Virus record (IMG/VR): IMGVR_UViG_3300043009_000039
Coordinates: 21,822-85,821 of that record
Origin: a virus
Lineage: Duplodnaviria; Caudoviricetes
Strand: one strand, 5' to 3'
Length of the DNA: 64,000 nucleotides
How positions within the stretch are numbered: the first letter of the stretch is position 1; the number at the start of each line of letters is the position of its first letter. A program made the translations under genes and the position numbers. Below the pieces are notes generated by a model. That model worked only from the letters and a program-made list of their open reading frames with translations, had not been told where the DNA came from and did not search any database. Of this stretch, positions 28,866 through 36,923 are shown in pieces.

Positions 28866-29210
28866 TCAAAACGTTTCGGAATGAACCCAAACGTTCCGTA
28901 TTTCTATACGGATATACATTTCTCCGTTCTGATTAAAAACGTACATGTCGGTAAACTCATTCCATAGGTGAGTCCCATCGTGCCCGTTATGCACGGCTGT
29001 TATTTTAGTTATGTCGCCCCACGTCAGACGCTCTGCGATTTTACTATTCATAAAGTCACGCGCAAGCGCTTCGGTCTTGAAAGTGAAGCTGTCGATATTC
29101 GGCATGCGGGTTATTTTCGACGGTGTGTAATTTCCGCACATTTCGCCCAATCCTGAATAAGTTTCTTCAATGATACTTACCACATAAACGTATTCTCTTT
29201 TATTTTCCAT
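28866..29210 (-). CDS. Cassette protein (114 aa)
   Basis: ORF with upstream module. Confidence 0.8.
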   Translation of the reverse strand: MENKREYVYVVSIIEETYSGLGEMCGNYTPSKITRMPNIDSFTFKTEALARDFMNSKIAERLTWGDITKITAVHNGHDGTHLWNEFTDMYVFNQNGEMYIRIEIRNVWVHSETF

Positions 29211-29244
29211 AATTTAAAAGTTTAATTGGTTGATTGCAAGGGGA

Positions 29245-29565
29245 TTACTCCCCTTTTTTGAACAGCTTGATTAAGACTTTGTCGCCTCTCTTGTAATAGC
29301 AGTGTTCGATTTCAAAGTGACTGTTCAACCGCCACTCCATTTCACCGAACGCTTTTGCGTATTCATTGTTGTCGTCGGCTTTCGAATAGTAGAAGAGAAG
29401 CTCGTCCGAGCCGTATTCCCATCCGAGAATTACGGGCGTTCGGCATATAAAGCCAACTGCACGGCATTCTTCGAAAATATACTTGTCGTCGAATACCAAA
29501 TTGCAAATCTTCTTCACTAACTTGTCGTCGTAGTCAAATACTGCGGGATTCAATTCTTCTTTCAT
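29245..29565 (-). CDS. Cassette protein (106 aa)
   Basis: ORF with upstream module. Confidence 0.8.
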   Translation of the reverse strand: MKEELNPAVFDYDDKLVKKICNLVFDDKYIFEECRAVGFICRTPVILGWEYGSDELLFYYSKADDNNEYAKAFGEMEWRLNSHFEIEHCYYKRGDKVLIKLFKKGE

Positions 29566-29611
29566 AATCTTTAAGTTTAATGTTGGTTGCGGGCGGAATA
29601 CTCCGCCCTTT

Positions 29612-29938
29612 TCAATCTTTGTGGTAAAAGGTTAGAAAGTAATTGTAGCTCGTTTTCCGAGTGTCTACGTAAATATCTTCGGGTAACGACTGTTTGACCG
29701 CCTCGATTCTGTCCTCCAACCGTTTCATGGAAGCCACGCTGATTGGCGATTCGGCCACGCATATCTTCAGGCGGTTGGTCGTTACGGCGTATGTGGCGCA
29801 GATTGGGACATTTGCGGCATAGCCGACCGACATTTCCTGCGACACTACTCTTGTGTCGAGGCGGCGGCCCTCGTCGAACAACTCATCATAGATTTCACTT
29901 ACCGAGATTGATTTTCCGTTTAATAATGCTCTCATCAT
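29612..29938 (-). CDS. Cassette protein (108 aa)
   Basis: ORF with upstream module. Confidence 0.8.
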   Translation of the reverse strand: MMRALLNGKSISVSEIYDELFDEGRRLDTRVVSQEMSVGYAANVPICATYAVTTNRLKICVAESPISVASMKRLEDRIEAVKQSLPEDIYVDTRKTSYNYFLTFYHKD

Positions 29939-29988
29939 AATTCAAAAGTTTTTAGGTGTGCGGTAGGCAAAGATAGCCTACCTTTTGT

Positions 29989-30633
29989 TTAATACGGCGT
30001 CCCATCTTCAAGAAACTCGTATTCGTTCAAATTCAGTTCTTCTTCGACCGCCTCGTCCGAATAGCCCCAATCCACGTCGTCACCGTAGGCATCGGCCAAG
30101 GCGTCCACGCTTTTCTGTATCAAATCCTCCATCGTCGTATCGTTGTCGGGATGCTTCATGTAATCGACAATCGGCTGTATCACCTCATAGTCGCAGCATA
30201 CGCCCGTGAGCGGATAACTTGCCTCGGCGTCGTCGTACATTATTCGGCTCTTGCGCTGTTTCTTGTAGTCGCCCCGATAGAATGTACGCGGCTTGACCAA
30301 ATACGGCATGATGTTGTTGCGTATGTACCGTTGAAGCAGTTTGCCGGACAACTCTTCAAGGCAGAGGTATTCGCTACCGTCCTCGGTGTCTATCATGTAG
30401 CACCAAGAGTCGTCGTTGAACTTCGGGCTGAACCATGTGCGTCCGCGGTCGTCTTTCACGTCGATACGTATGTCAAGCAGCTTCTCGAAAGCCTTGAGCG
30501 TTCCGATATAGTCGTCGGCGATACATTCTTCGTGATATGCGGCGCATTCGCCTCGCTTTGATTCAATCGCTTTTTTCTTTGCTTCTTCGGAAAGTTCGTC
30601 GTACTTGTAAAGTTTTACTTCTAAGGTTCTCAT
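29989..30633 (-). CDS. Acidic cassette protein (214 aa)
   Basis: ORF with upstream module; YKYDELSEEAKKKA...YEFLEDG termini typical of a mobile-element hypothetical family. Confidence 0.8.
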   Translation of the reverse strand: MRTLEVKLYKYDELSEEAKKKAIESKRGECAAYHEECIADDYIGTLKAFEKLLDIRIDVKDDRGRTWFSPKFNDDSWCYMIDTEDGSEYLCLEELSGKLLQRYIRNNIMPYLVKPRTFYRGDYKKQRKSRIMYDDAEASYPLTGVCCDYEVIQPIVDYMKHPDNDTTMEDLIQKSVDALADAYGDDVDWGYSDEAVEEELNLNEYEFLEDGTPY

Positions 30634-30680
30634 AATTTCAAGTTTTAAGTTGGTTAATCGCGAGGGGCGAACCCCTCAAT

Positions 30681-30908
30681 TTACAAGACCTCGTGAGGCA
30701 GAACAGTGTCACGCGATACAACGTCGAACTCATGTGTGGAGCCGTTCAATTTAAGCCCGTAAATGTGCGCGTATTGGATTTCTCTCGCCCACATGGATAG
30801 ATTATCCAACTGCATCCTAAAACGCCTTAGAGCGGCATTTTTAGAGGTAAATATGGCTTTATAGCCGCAGGTCTGTCTGTCGAAAATTCTCAATTCATAA
30901 ATTATCAT
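30681..30908 (-). CDS. Cassette protein (75 aa)
   Basis: ORF with upstream module. Confidence 0.75.
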   Translation of the reverse strand: MIIYELRIFDRQTCGYKAIFTSKNAALRRFRMQLDNLSMWAREIQYAHIYGLKLNGSTHEFDVVSRDTVLPHEVL

Positions 30909-30957
30909 AGCTTCTAAGTTTTATTGGTTGGTTGCAGACGGATTGCTCCGTCTTGAT

Positions 30958-31149
30958 TCAATATCCCTGCAGGTACGACGGGGCTTCGTCGTCCTCGGTT
31001 TCACAAGCTCTGTGACGTTCCACAATTTCACAGTTGCAACCGTAGTTCATGAGCAGTTCTTCGCGCACGTCCGACGCTTCTTCGTATGTGTCGAAACAAT
31101 CTTCAATGCATCCCGCGGCTTTATTCCAAAGTTCAAATTCAGTGTACAT
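30958..31149 (-). CDS. Acidic cassette protein (63 aa; start MYTEF)
   Basis: Module upstream of the ATG at 31149. Confidence 0.75.
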   Translation of the reverse strand: MYTEFELWNKAAGCIEDCFDTYEEASDVREELLMNYGCNCEIVERHRACETEDDEAPSYLQGY

Positions 31150-31192
31150 AATCAATTAGTTTTAGTTGTGAGCGGATTGCTCCGCCCGTGAT

Positions 31193-31711
31193 TCATTGTT
31201 GACCCCAATAAGTCCATGTTTTAACCTTTGACATTCCGTAGCGTTTGAGGTACGTCCGAAGTCGTTTCTCGAACTTGTCGCGTTCTTCGCGAACAAATCG
31301 TTCAAGCGGCTCGTAATCCTCTTCTTTCGGTTCGATACAGCTGTCGTAGTTGTGCCCCGAAATTCCGTAGATGTTCGCCTCTTTATAGGCGGTCATTTCG
31401 TAATGGTAGAGGTAGACTTCGCGTTTGGCGATACACTCGAGCATCCAGTCGTATTCGCGAAGATTCTCTTTCATGAAGTAGTCTTCGCTTGTACGCGCGT
31501 ATTCAGCTTGTTCGACCGCTCTGTTATAATCGAAGCTGTCGTCAAAGCAGAACTTTGTCTCAATGCGCGGCTTGCCTATAATTACGATTTTACCGTCGTC
31601 AAGTTTGATTGCATTCGAGAATCCCCGCATCATATATTCGGGGTTAAGGCCCATCTTTTCATATTCGCGCATGATTTCATCCTGCAATTCATGTTGCTTG
31701 ATATTCTTCAT
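31193..31711 (-). CDS. Cassette protein (172 aa)
   Basis: ORF with upstream module. Confidence 0.8.
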   Translation of the reverse strand: MKNIKQHELQDEIMREYEKMGLNPEYMMRGFSNAIKLDDGKIVIIGKPRIETKFCFDDSFDYNRAVEQAEYARTSEDYFMKENLREYDWMLECIAKREVYLYHYEMTAYKEANIYGISGHNYDSCIEPKEEDYEPLERFVREERDKFEKRLRTYLKRYGMSKVKTWTYWGQQ

Positions 31712-31812
31712 AATTCTAAGTTTTAGTTGGTTAAACAGTACGCGGCAACAGCTCGGGCCGCCGCCGCGTTTTTTAAGGCTGTACTATACAGCCCTCGCCA
31801 AATACCTCTCGG

Positions 31813-32148
31813 TTAATTCTTATACACCCTTTGGTTAATTCTTTTCACATACAGCGACCACGTTGTAAAGTGATTGGTTTCAAGGCATTGGCACGTCACA
31901 CGGCCTATCAGGTCGCAATAGCCCTTTGTTTCGGGCGTGTTCATGTAGGATTCCGTGATTCGGTAAGTTCTTTCGGGTTCGCCGGGCGCTCTGTAAAACC
32001 ACGAGCCGCAGCGCACACCGTATTCGATTTCCCGCATCTGTTCCTTTGCTTTCTTCAAACTTGTAAATGCAAATGTCGGAATGGAGCATGATTGCCACGT
32101 ACTGCCTTCAGTCCACTGATGTTCGTTGATAATATAAATATAATCCAT
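31813..32148 (-). CDS. Cassette protein (111 aa)
   Basis: ORF with upstream module. Confidence 0.8.
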   Translation of the reverse strand: MDYIYIINEHQWTEGSTWQSCSIPTFAFTSLKKAKEQMREIEYGVRCGSWFYRAPGEPERTYRITESYMNTPETKGYCDLIGRVTCQCLETNHFTTWSLYVKRINQRVYKN

Positions 32149-32209
32149 AATGATAAGTTTTATTGGTTTAACACGGCAGACGGTCTTTCAACCGTCTTTT
32201 TGCGGATAA

Positions 32210-32581
32210 TTACTCATCTTCGTCGTCGTAGCTCATCTCGATACAGTCGTGCCAATCGCCGTCGGCGTATATTTCGTCGGAGTAATAATCCGCCTCCCAC
32301 TCCACGTCCTCTTCACTTGCAGACACAAATCTTCCGTTGGCGTCCTGCAGGATATAGCGGTCGGCGAGGTTCACTTGTCCGCCCCGCAGGTCGCGCACGA
32401 GTTCCATCGGATTGTCTTTGTATCGCTGAATATTAAAGAAATCTTCGTTCAGCTCATGCCACACACAATCGTAGTATCTCTGATTCTCGAAATATCGGTT
32501 CAGCAGGGCCAATCGTTGGCCATGTGTCAGACTCTTAAATTTTTCTTTCCATGCTTCGCGGCGAGAATATTCTTTTTCCAT
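32210..32581 (-). CDS. Cassette protein with very acidic C-terminus (123 aa)
   Basis: ...SEEDVEWEADYYSDEIYADGDWHDCIEMSYDDEDE; upstream module. Confidence 0.8.
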   Translation of the reverse strand: MEKEYSRREAWKEKFKSLTHGQRLALLNRYFENQRYYDCVWHELNEDFFNIQRYKDNPMELVRDLRGGQVNLADRYILQDANGRFVSASEEDVEWEADYYSDEIYADGDWHDCIEMSYDDEDE

Positions 32582-32643
32582 AATTCATAAGTTTAATCGG
32601 TTAATAATTGCAAGAGGTCGGTCGGGAAACCAACCTCTTCGGC

Positions 32644-32949
32644 TCAGACAAGTTCAATGTCGATTCCATACGGAAGCGATTCGCTATTTTCGTAATAGTC
32701 GAATTTATACGTAGGTCTAAGGCCCAGTTCGCGTTTACATAAGCGTTTTTCTATCACCTGCTTTATCTTCCCCTCGTCGATTACTTTCGTAAGTTCGACT
32801 TCGTAATGTGGCGTAGACGTACCGATTGTTTCGTGCGTGATTCGTGCAATTGCAACAAGTCCGTGGAACTTGTCATAAAAATAGATGCCGCTCGCCGCGA
32901 ACACTACGTACATTTCAACTCCGTAATTCTTGGTTCTTAAAAATTCCAT
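32644..32949 (-). CDS. Cassette protein (101 aa; start MEFLRT)
   Basis: Module upstream of the ATG at 32949. Confidence 0.75.
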   Translation of the reverse strand: MEFLRTKNYGVEMYVVFAASGIYFYDKFHGLVAIARITHETIGTSTPHYEVELTKVIDEGKIKQVIEKRLCKRELGLRPTYKFDYYENSESLPYGIDIELV

Positions 32950-33011
32950 AACTGTAAATTTATTGGTTAGCTGTAAGAGGTCGCGTGACGACACACAACC
33001 TCCGATTCGTT

Positions 33012-33281
33012 TCATTTGTCAAGCGTGCAAGTCGCATAGTAAGGCGAAAAGCAACCGTCTTTATAAAGCGACGCCGCATAGCCCCGACGGGTCTTGTAGA
33101 CTTTCACGCAGCCCGATTCATACGAGCTTCGTTCTTTGCACACAAAGCCCCCTACCGCCTTGTAGGTTTTCGGCTTCTTTTCTTTCGGTTTGATTGAACC
33201 CGCGTAATGCATTGTCACGCCCGTAAACAGTTCGCCGTTTACCTTAAAAGGCTTTTCAGAGGTAAGTTTGTAAGTTTTCAT
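33012..33281 (-). CDS. Cassette protein (89 aa)
   Basis: ORF with upstream module. Confidence 0.75.
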   Translation of the reverse strand: MKTYKLTSEKPFKVNGELFTGVTMHYAGSIKPKEKKPKTYKAVGGFVCKERSSYESGCVKVYKTRRGYAASLYKDGCFSPYYATCTLDK

Positions 33282-33341
33282 AATTCAGTAGTTTTATTGG
33301 TTCGTGGAAGAGGGCGTGTTTTCGGGCACACCCTCCGTAAT

Positions 33342-33467
33342 TCAGTCGATTTCGACCGTCGAATCGTTCAAATCCACGTGCGCGTATAAATCTTCGGCAA
33401 AGTCGGGTTCTATAAACTCTTCAAATACGCGCAATTCGCCTTGGAAATAAATAGTTCCGTCAAGCAT
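33342..33467 (-). CDS. 41-aa strongly acidic peptide (not in the ORF track)
   Basis: MLDGTIYFQGELRVFEEFIEPDFAEDLYAHVDLNDSTVEID; its start overlaps the stop of 33460..33645. Confidence 0.65.
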   Translation of the reverse strand: MLDGTIYFQGELRVFEEFIEPDFAEDLYAHVDLNDSTVEID

Positions 33468-33645
33468 TTTTGTTTCCTCCCTTCTTTTCGTCGGTCGGGT
33501 CTATTATTTCCCCTATCGGAAACACGCCCATAAGGCCCGACAGAAACGCCAAATAGCAAACATCCGTGCCCATAAAGTTGTAGAACACAAACACGGCGAA
33601 AGCTTCAAAGAATACAAACAGAAGAAACAGATAAATCGTTCTCAT
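33460..33645 (-). CDS. Two-TM membrane cassette protein (61 aa)
   Basis: Hydrophobic; upstream module. Confidence 0.75.
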   Translation of the reverse strand: MRTIYLFLLFVFFEAFAVFVFYNFMGTDVCYLAFLSGLMGVFPIGEIIDPTDEKKGGNKNA

Positions 33646-33708
33646 AATTCATAAAGTTTTATTGGTTGGTAACAGTAAGCGGTTCGACCCCGAAAGAGCC
33701 AAACCGCC

Positions 33709-33969
33709 TTAATTCATTCCCATCCCCACGGACACAGCTCGCCCGCGGGGGGTAATCTGCCACGACAGTTCGTTCCTGCCGTCGTAGATAGTCCATCCGA
33801 TGCCGTTGTCGCCCCTTTTATGCAGGGCGATATGCAGACAGCGGCGCACGATTCGCTTCAGTTCGGTTGAGTGTAAAGTCTTACAGAAACTTTCACTCGC
33901 GATAATTGCGGAAAACTCACCCTTTCGGGCAAAGTTCGTCCATGCGATTTCATCGTAAAAGGTTTTCAT
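33709..33969 (-). CDS. Cassette protein (86 aa; start MKTFYD)
   Basis: Module upstream of the ATG at 33969. Confidence 0.75.
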   Translation of the reverse strand: MKTFYDEIAWTNFARKGEFSAIIASESFCKTLHSTELKRIVRRCLHIALHKRGDNGIGWTIYDGRNELSWQITPRGRAVSVGMGMN

Positions 33970-34030
33970 AAATAGTTTTATTGGTTGGTTCGGAGAGGGT
34001 TCGCCCCGATACGGTTTGAACCCCCTGATT

Positions 34031-34216
34031 TCAGGCGAACATATCGTACAGTTCTTCAAGGCGTGCCTTTGCGTCCTCGATTCGGGCGAATAGAGTCGTT
34101 CGGTTCCAGTACTCGAAGTGATTCTTTTCACCTACTGTTTCAAACGAAATTTCGGCTACTTGTCCGTCGTGTTCGTAGCTGTTCCATGCCACGTAATAGT
34201 AAGTTTTTGCTTTCAT
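34031..34216 (-). CDS. Cassette protein (61 aa)
   Basis: ORF with upstream module. Confidence 0.75.
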   Translation of the reverse strand: MKAKTYYYVAWNSYEHDGQVAEISFETVGEKNHFEYWNRTTLFARIEDAKARLEELYDMFA

Positions 34217-34284
34217 AATTTATTAAGTTTTATTGGTTGGTTAATTCGCAGACGGTTCGACCCCGAAGAATCGAACCCCCTGAT

Positions 34285-34722
34285 TCAGATTTGGTCCAGA
34301 AAGTCGGCCAAGTCTTTTTCCGTAGCTTTCAGTCCGAGCGCACGTTTGCGCATCAGATATTCTTTGATTCCGAATCGGGATATAAGAACATCCCGATTTG
34401 ATTCGTCCTGAAAGAGTCGGTCGATAAGTTCGTCTTGCATAGCAAGCTCGTACTTCAGATTTTCGGCCTCCTGCTTCGACGCTTCCAGTTCTTTGCGAGC
34501 GTCCTCCAACGCTTTCGCAGTCCCTTTGAGGTCTGCGATAATCGCATAGTTCTTCCGCGCTTCGTTTACCGCGGACACAAACAAACCCTTTGTGTTTTCA
34601 GGGAGTTTGCTCCAAATTTCACAGAACATATTTTTATCTAACTCGCAGAACATATAGATATAGTTCGCAACTTTGTACTCTTCGGCCTTGCAGCCTCTTT
34701 CGATAAATTCATTAAGTAACAT
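34285..34722 (-). CDS. Coiled-coil cassette protein (145 aa)
   Basis: YMFCELDKNMFCEIW motif followed by a heptad region; upstream module. Confidence 0.8.
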   Translation of the reverse strand: MLLNEFIERGCKAEEYKVANYIYMFCELDKNMFCEIWSKLPENTKGLFVSAVNEARKNYAIIADLKGTAKALEDARKELEASKQEAENLKYELAMQDELIDRLFQDESNRDVLISRFGIKEYLMRKRALGLKATEKDLADFLDQI

Positions 34723-34787
34723 AACAGTAAGTTTTATTGGTTAAACGTGGAAAGAGGCTTCAGGATTAAGCCCGAAACCTCTCTAAT

Positions 34788-34973
34788 TTAAAATTCGAAG
34801 TCTGTAAATACCTTGAATGTTCCTTTATGAAACGATTCGTAGTTCGTGTCGTCAAATTTGTAGACGGAATACATTTTGGTCGCACGGTCGTATTCGCCGC
34901 GCACCCAAACAACGGCGGACGATTCTTTCATTTTAAAGAGTTCGCCCTTTTTAAGTTCTGATAATTTTTTCAT
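34788..34973 (-). CDS. Cassette protein (61 aa)
   Basis: ORF with upstream module. Confidence 0.75.
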   Translation of the reverse strand: MKKLSELKKGELFKMKESSAVVWVRGEYDRATKMYSVYKFDDTNYESFHKGTFKVFTDFEF

Positions 34974-35018
34974 AATTCGTTTGATTGATTCGTAAAGGGT
35001 CGAATTGCCCCGACCCGA

Positions 35019-35372
35019 TTAAGCAAAGTAATTCTTTACAGTTTGGTAGTCCAGTCCGTAACGCTTACGTATTCGCGCAATTTCGGCGTTAAATTCGCGT
35101 GCTGAGTCGAAACAGCACAGTTCGAGGGCTTTAATCAATTCAAGCCCGTAAAGGCTCGGATTATTCACCTCGATAGCTCGCAGTTCGCCCCGACGGTTTC
35201 GGGCGCAATTATCCACGAATTTTATCGTTTCTTTGTACCCTTTGCCCGCCCCTTTCTTTTTTCGGCTCGATACGACGTATTTGCCCCGATTTTTCGGTTC
35301 AGGCTCGCACGGTTCAGGCTCGCACGCTTTTTTAGCTTTATAAAGCCCTTCATAGTACTCTAATAAGTTCAT
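35019..35372 (-). CDS. Cassette protein (117 aa)
   Basis: ORF with upstream module; short internal tandem repeat (CEPEPCEPEP). Confidence 0.8.
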   Translation of the reverse strand: MNLLEYYEGLYKAKKACEPEPCEPEPKNRGKYVVSSRKKKGAGKGYKETIKFVDNCARNRRGELRAIEVNNPSLYGLELIKALELCCFDSAREFNAEIARIRKRYGLDYQTVKNYFA

Positions 35373-35452
35373 AATTGTTTAAGTTTGGTTCATAGTCCGA
35401 CGCCCAGTAGTAAGGGCGTTTCGTCGCAATTCTCAGCGACTCTTCAGGGACT

Positions 35453-35710
35453 TTAAAACTGCATCGTTTCAAAAGATACAATTTCAAAGTAATTCAAATT
35501 CACCTCGATTTTCGGGCACAGTTTTTCCCCGAAAAAGTACAGTTTAACGCCAGTAAAGCGCATGAAACGGTTTATAAGCCGCTCAGGCGTGTCTTGATAA
35601 CGGTCGTTGAAATACGATACGACGAACCCGTTTTCAACTCTTAATCTCGGTTCAATCAGGGCAAATTCAAGCCCTGATTCTTTTTCGCGTAATACGATTT
35701 TGTAGTTCAT
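35453..35710 (-). CDS. First cassette protein of the array (85 aa)
   Basis: ORF with upstream module. Confidence 0.75.
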   Translation of the reverse strand: MNYKIVLREKESGLEFALIEPRLRVENGFVVSYFNDRYQDTPERLINRFMRFTGVKLYFFGEKLCPKIEVNLNYFEIVSFETMQF

Positions 35711-36343
35711 AACAGTAAGTATTTTAGTTCAACATAGTAAGGGCGCGGGGGTTCGAACCCCGTAAAAATTCCACAATTCGCCCCTGCATCGGTTTACGTC
35801 AACGATGCACTTTGACGTTTGCCCCTTAATTCAGGGGCTTAATAACCAAAAACTTAATTATGTTTTGCCGCTACCTTGTTACGTGCTCGGCACGCCTCCT
35901 GCATTTACTTTCATAGTTCGTCCAGTACATAGGACGGACGGCCAACTAAGCGCAATTATATTAGCGCAATTCGTTGACGTTTGGATAATTCATTCACTGC
36001 AGTTGTCAAGACGGCTCAAATATTTTTATCGTTAAATCCTAAAAACGTCCTGCATCAACCGCTAAGCCGGAGCGACTTTTTTGCTCGAAAAAAGCGCAAT
36101 TTTTCCCCTTTCAAGATTTTACCCTTGTCCAGTTCGGTTTTTTAATTCTCTTAACAATTTGACCCTCTTCCTTAACAAAACGTTACACTTGGTAACTTCG
36201 ATTAACTCTTTTACAACCCGATTTAAACTTTTTTATGATTTCGGGCGTCCTACTTGAGGAAAAGTCTCTTTTTTGTTAATTTGGATAGTCAAATTATTAA
36301 AATTTGCCAAAGAACTCCGTTAGAGTTCTGACCAACTCTAACG
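35711..36343 (-). ncRNA. Long structured 5' leader / candidate ncRNA
   Basis: No convincing minus-strand ORF; many hairpins (e.g. 36318-36343, 35821-35838, 35748-35761). Confidence 0.45.
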
Positions 36344-36346
36344 CTA

Positions 36347-36376
36347 CAAAAGTAGGTATAATCGATTATATGCAAA
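36347..36376 (-). promoter_or_regulatory. Bacteroidota-type promoter likely driving the cassette array
   Basis: TTTG (36373-36376), 18-nt spacer, TACTTTTG (36347-36354); perfect 10-bp hairpin at the predicted start. Confidence 0.6.
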
Positions 36377-36663
36377 GGTCAATTTTCCCACAAAGTTAGC
36401 TAATTTGTCGGTAATTACTTATCTTGTTGAATATCAATAAGTTAGGTTATTAAGATAGTTGTAGTTAGTTATTACCTATTATATACAACTGTAGTAAGTA
36501 CAATTACAGATTACGGATTAATCGACGCCGTATAATTGCCACAATTGCGACGCCTCAAGATGCAATTATAGTAGCACACTAATAATTACAGTTGGTACAC
36601 TTTACCCCCTTGAGTTGATGCATCAACTTTGCCCCGCCCCTTTGTTTCGTCGACGTCGTGAAA

Positions 36664-36700
36664 CTACCTACTACCTACTACCTACTACCTACTACCTACT
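36664..36700. repeat. (CTACCTA)x5 heptamer tandem repeat
   Basis: Directly visible. Confidence 0.95.
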
Positions 36701-36923
36701 ATCTATATAAGTAAGTAGTAGGTACTTTGCGAGCGGACGACGCACCACCGCGTTTTTTGGTCAAAAATAGAAGAAAATTAGCTATTTTGGCGTAAAAGTC
36801 ACTTTCCGAAAAACAGAATAATTTTAAGGGAAAAAAGAGTATATAGGTATAATAGAAACTACCTACATTTGTGCTGTAGAATGAAACAAGCCCCTGCAGG
36901 GGCAAACTTAAATACTTACAATT

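Larger units (their letters stand above)
21589..35765 (-). repeat. Array of 34 intergenic modules (GC hairpin + AACCAATAAAACTT-like tract + ATTATG), one ahead of nearly every gene
   Basis: The plus strand shows cat-aat-N4-6-aagttttattggtt-N-hairpin after gene starts at 22532, 22847, 23379, 23793, 24210, 24633, 24930, 25539, 25978, 26369, 26706, 27038, 27417, 27756, 28219, 28811, 29210, 29565, 29938, 30633, 30908, 31149, 31711, 32148, 32581, 32949, 33281, 33645, 33969, 34216, 34722, 34973, 35372, 35710. Confidence 0.9.

Noticed and set aside
35748-35761. T-arm-like GGGGTTCGAACCCC and similar GGTTCGACCCC stems at 33.7-34.3 kb
   Set aside because: No acceptor stem; these are palindromic array hairpins.
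21589-35765. CRISPR array or classical integron
   Set aside because: Repeats are degenerate and separated by whole ORFs of variable length. There are no cas genes, no tyrosine integrase and no attC RYYYAAC/GTTRRRY boxes.
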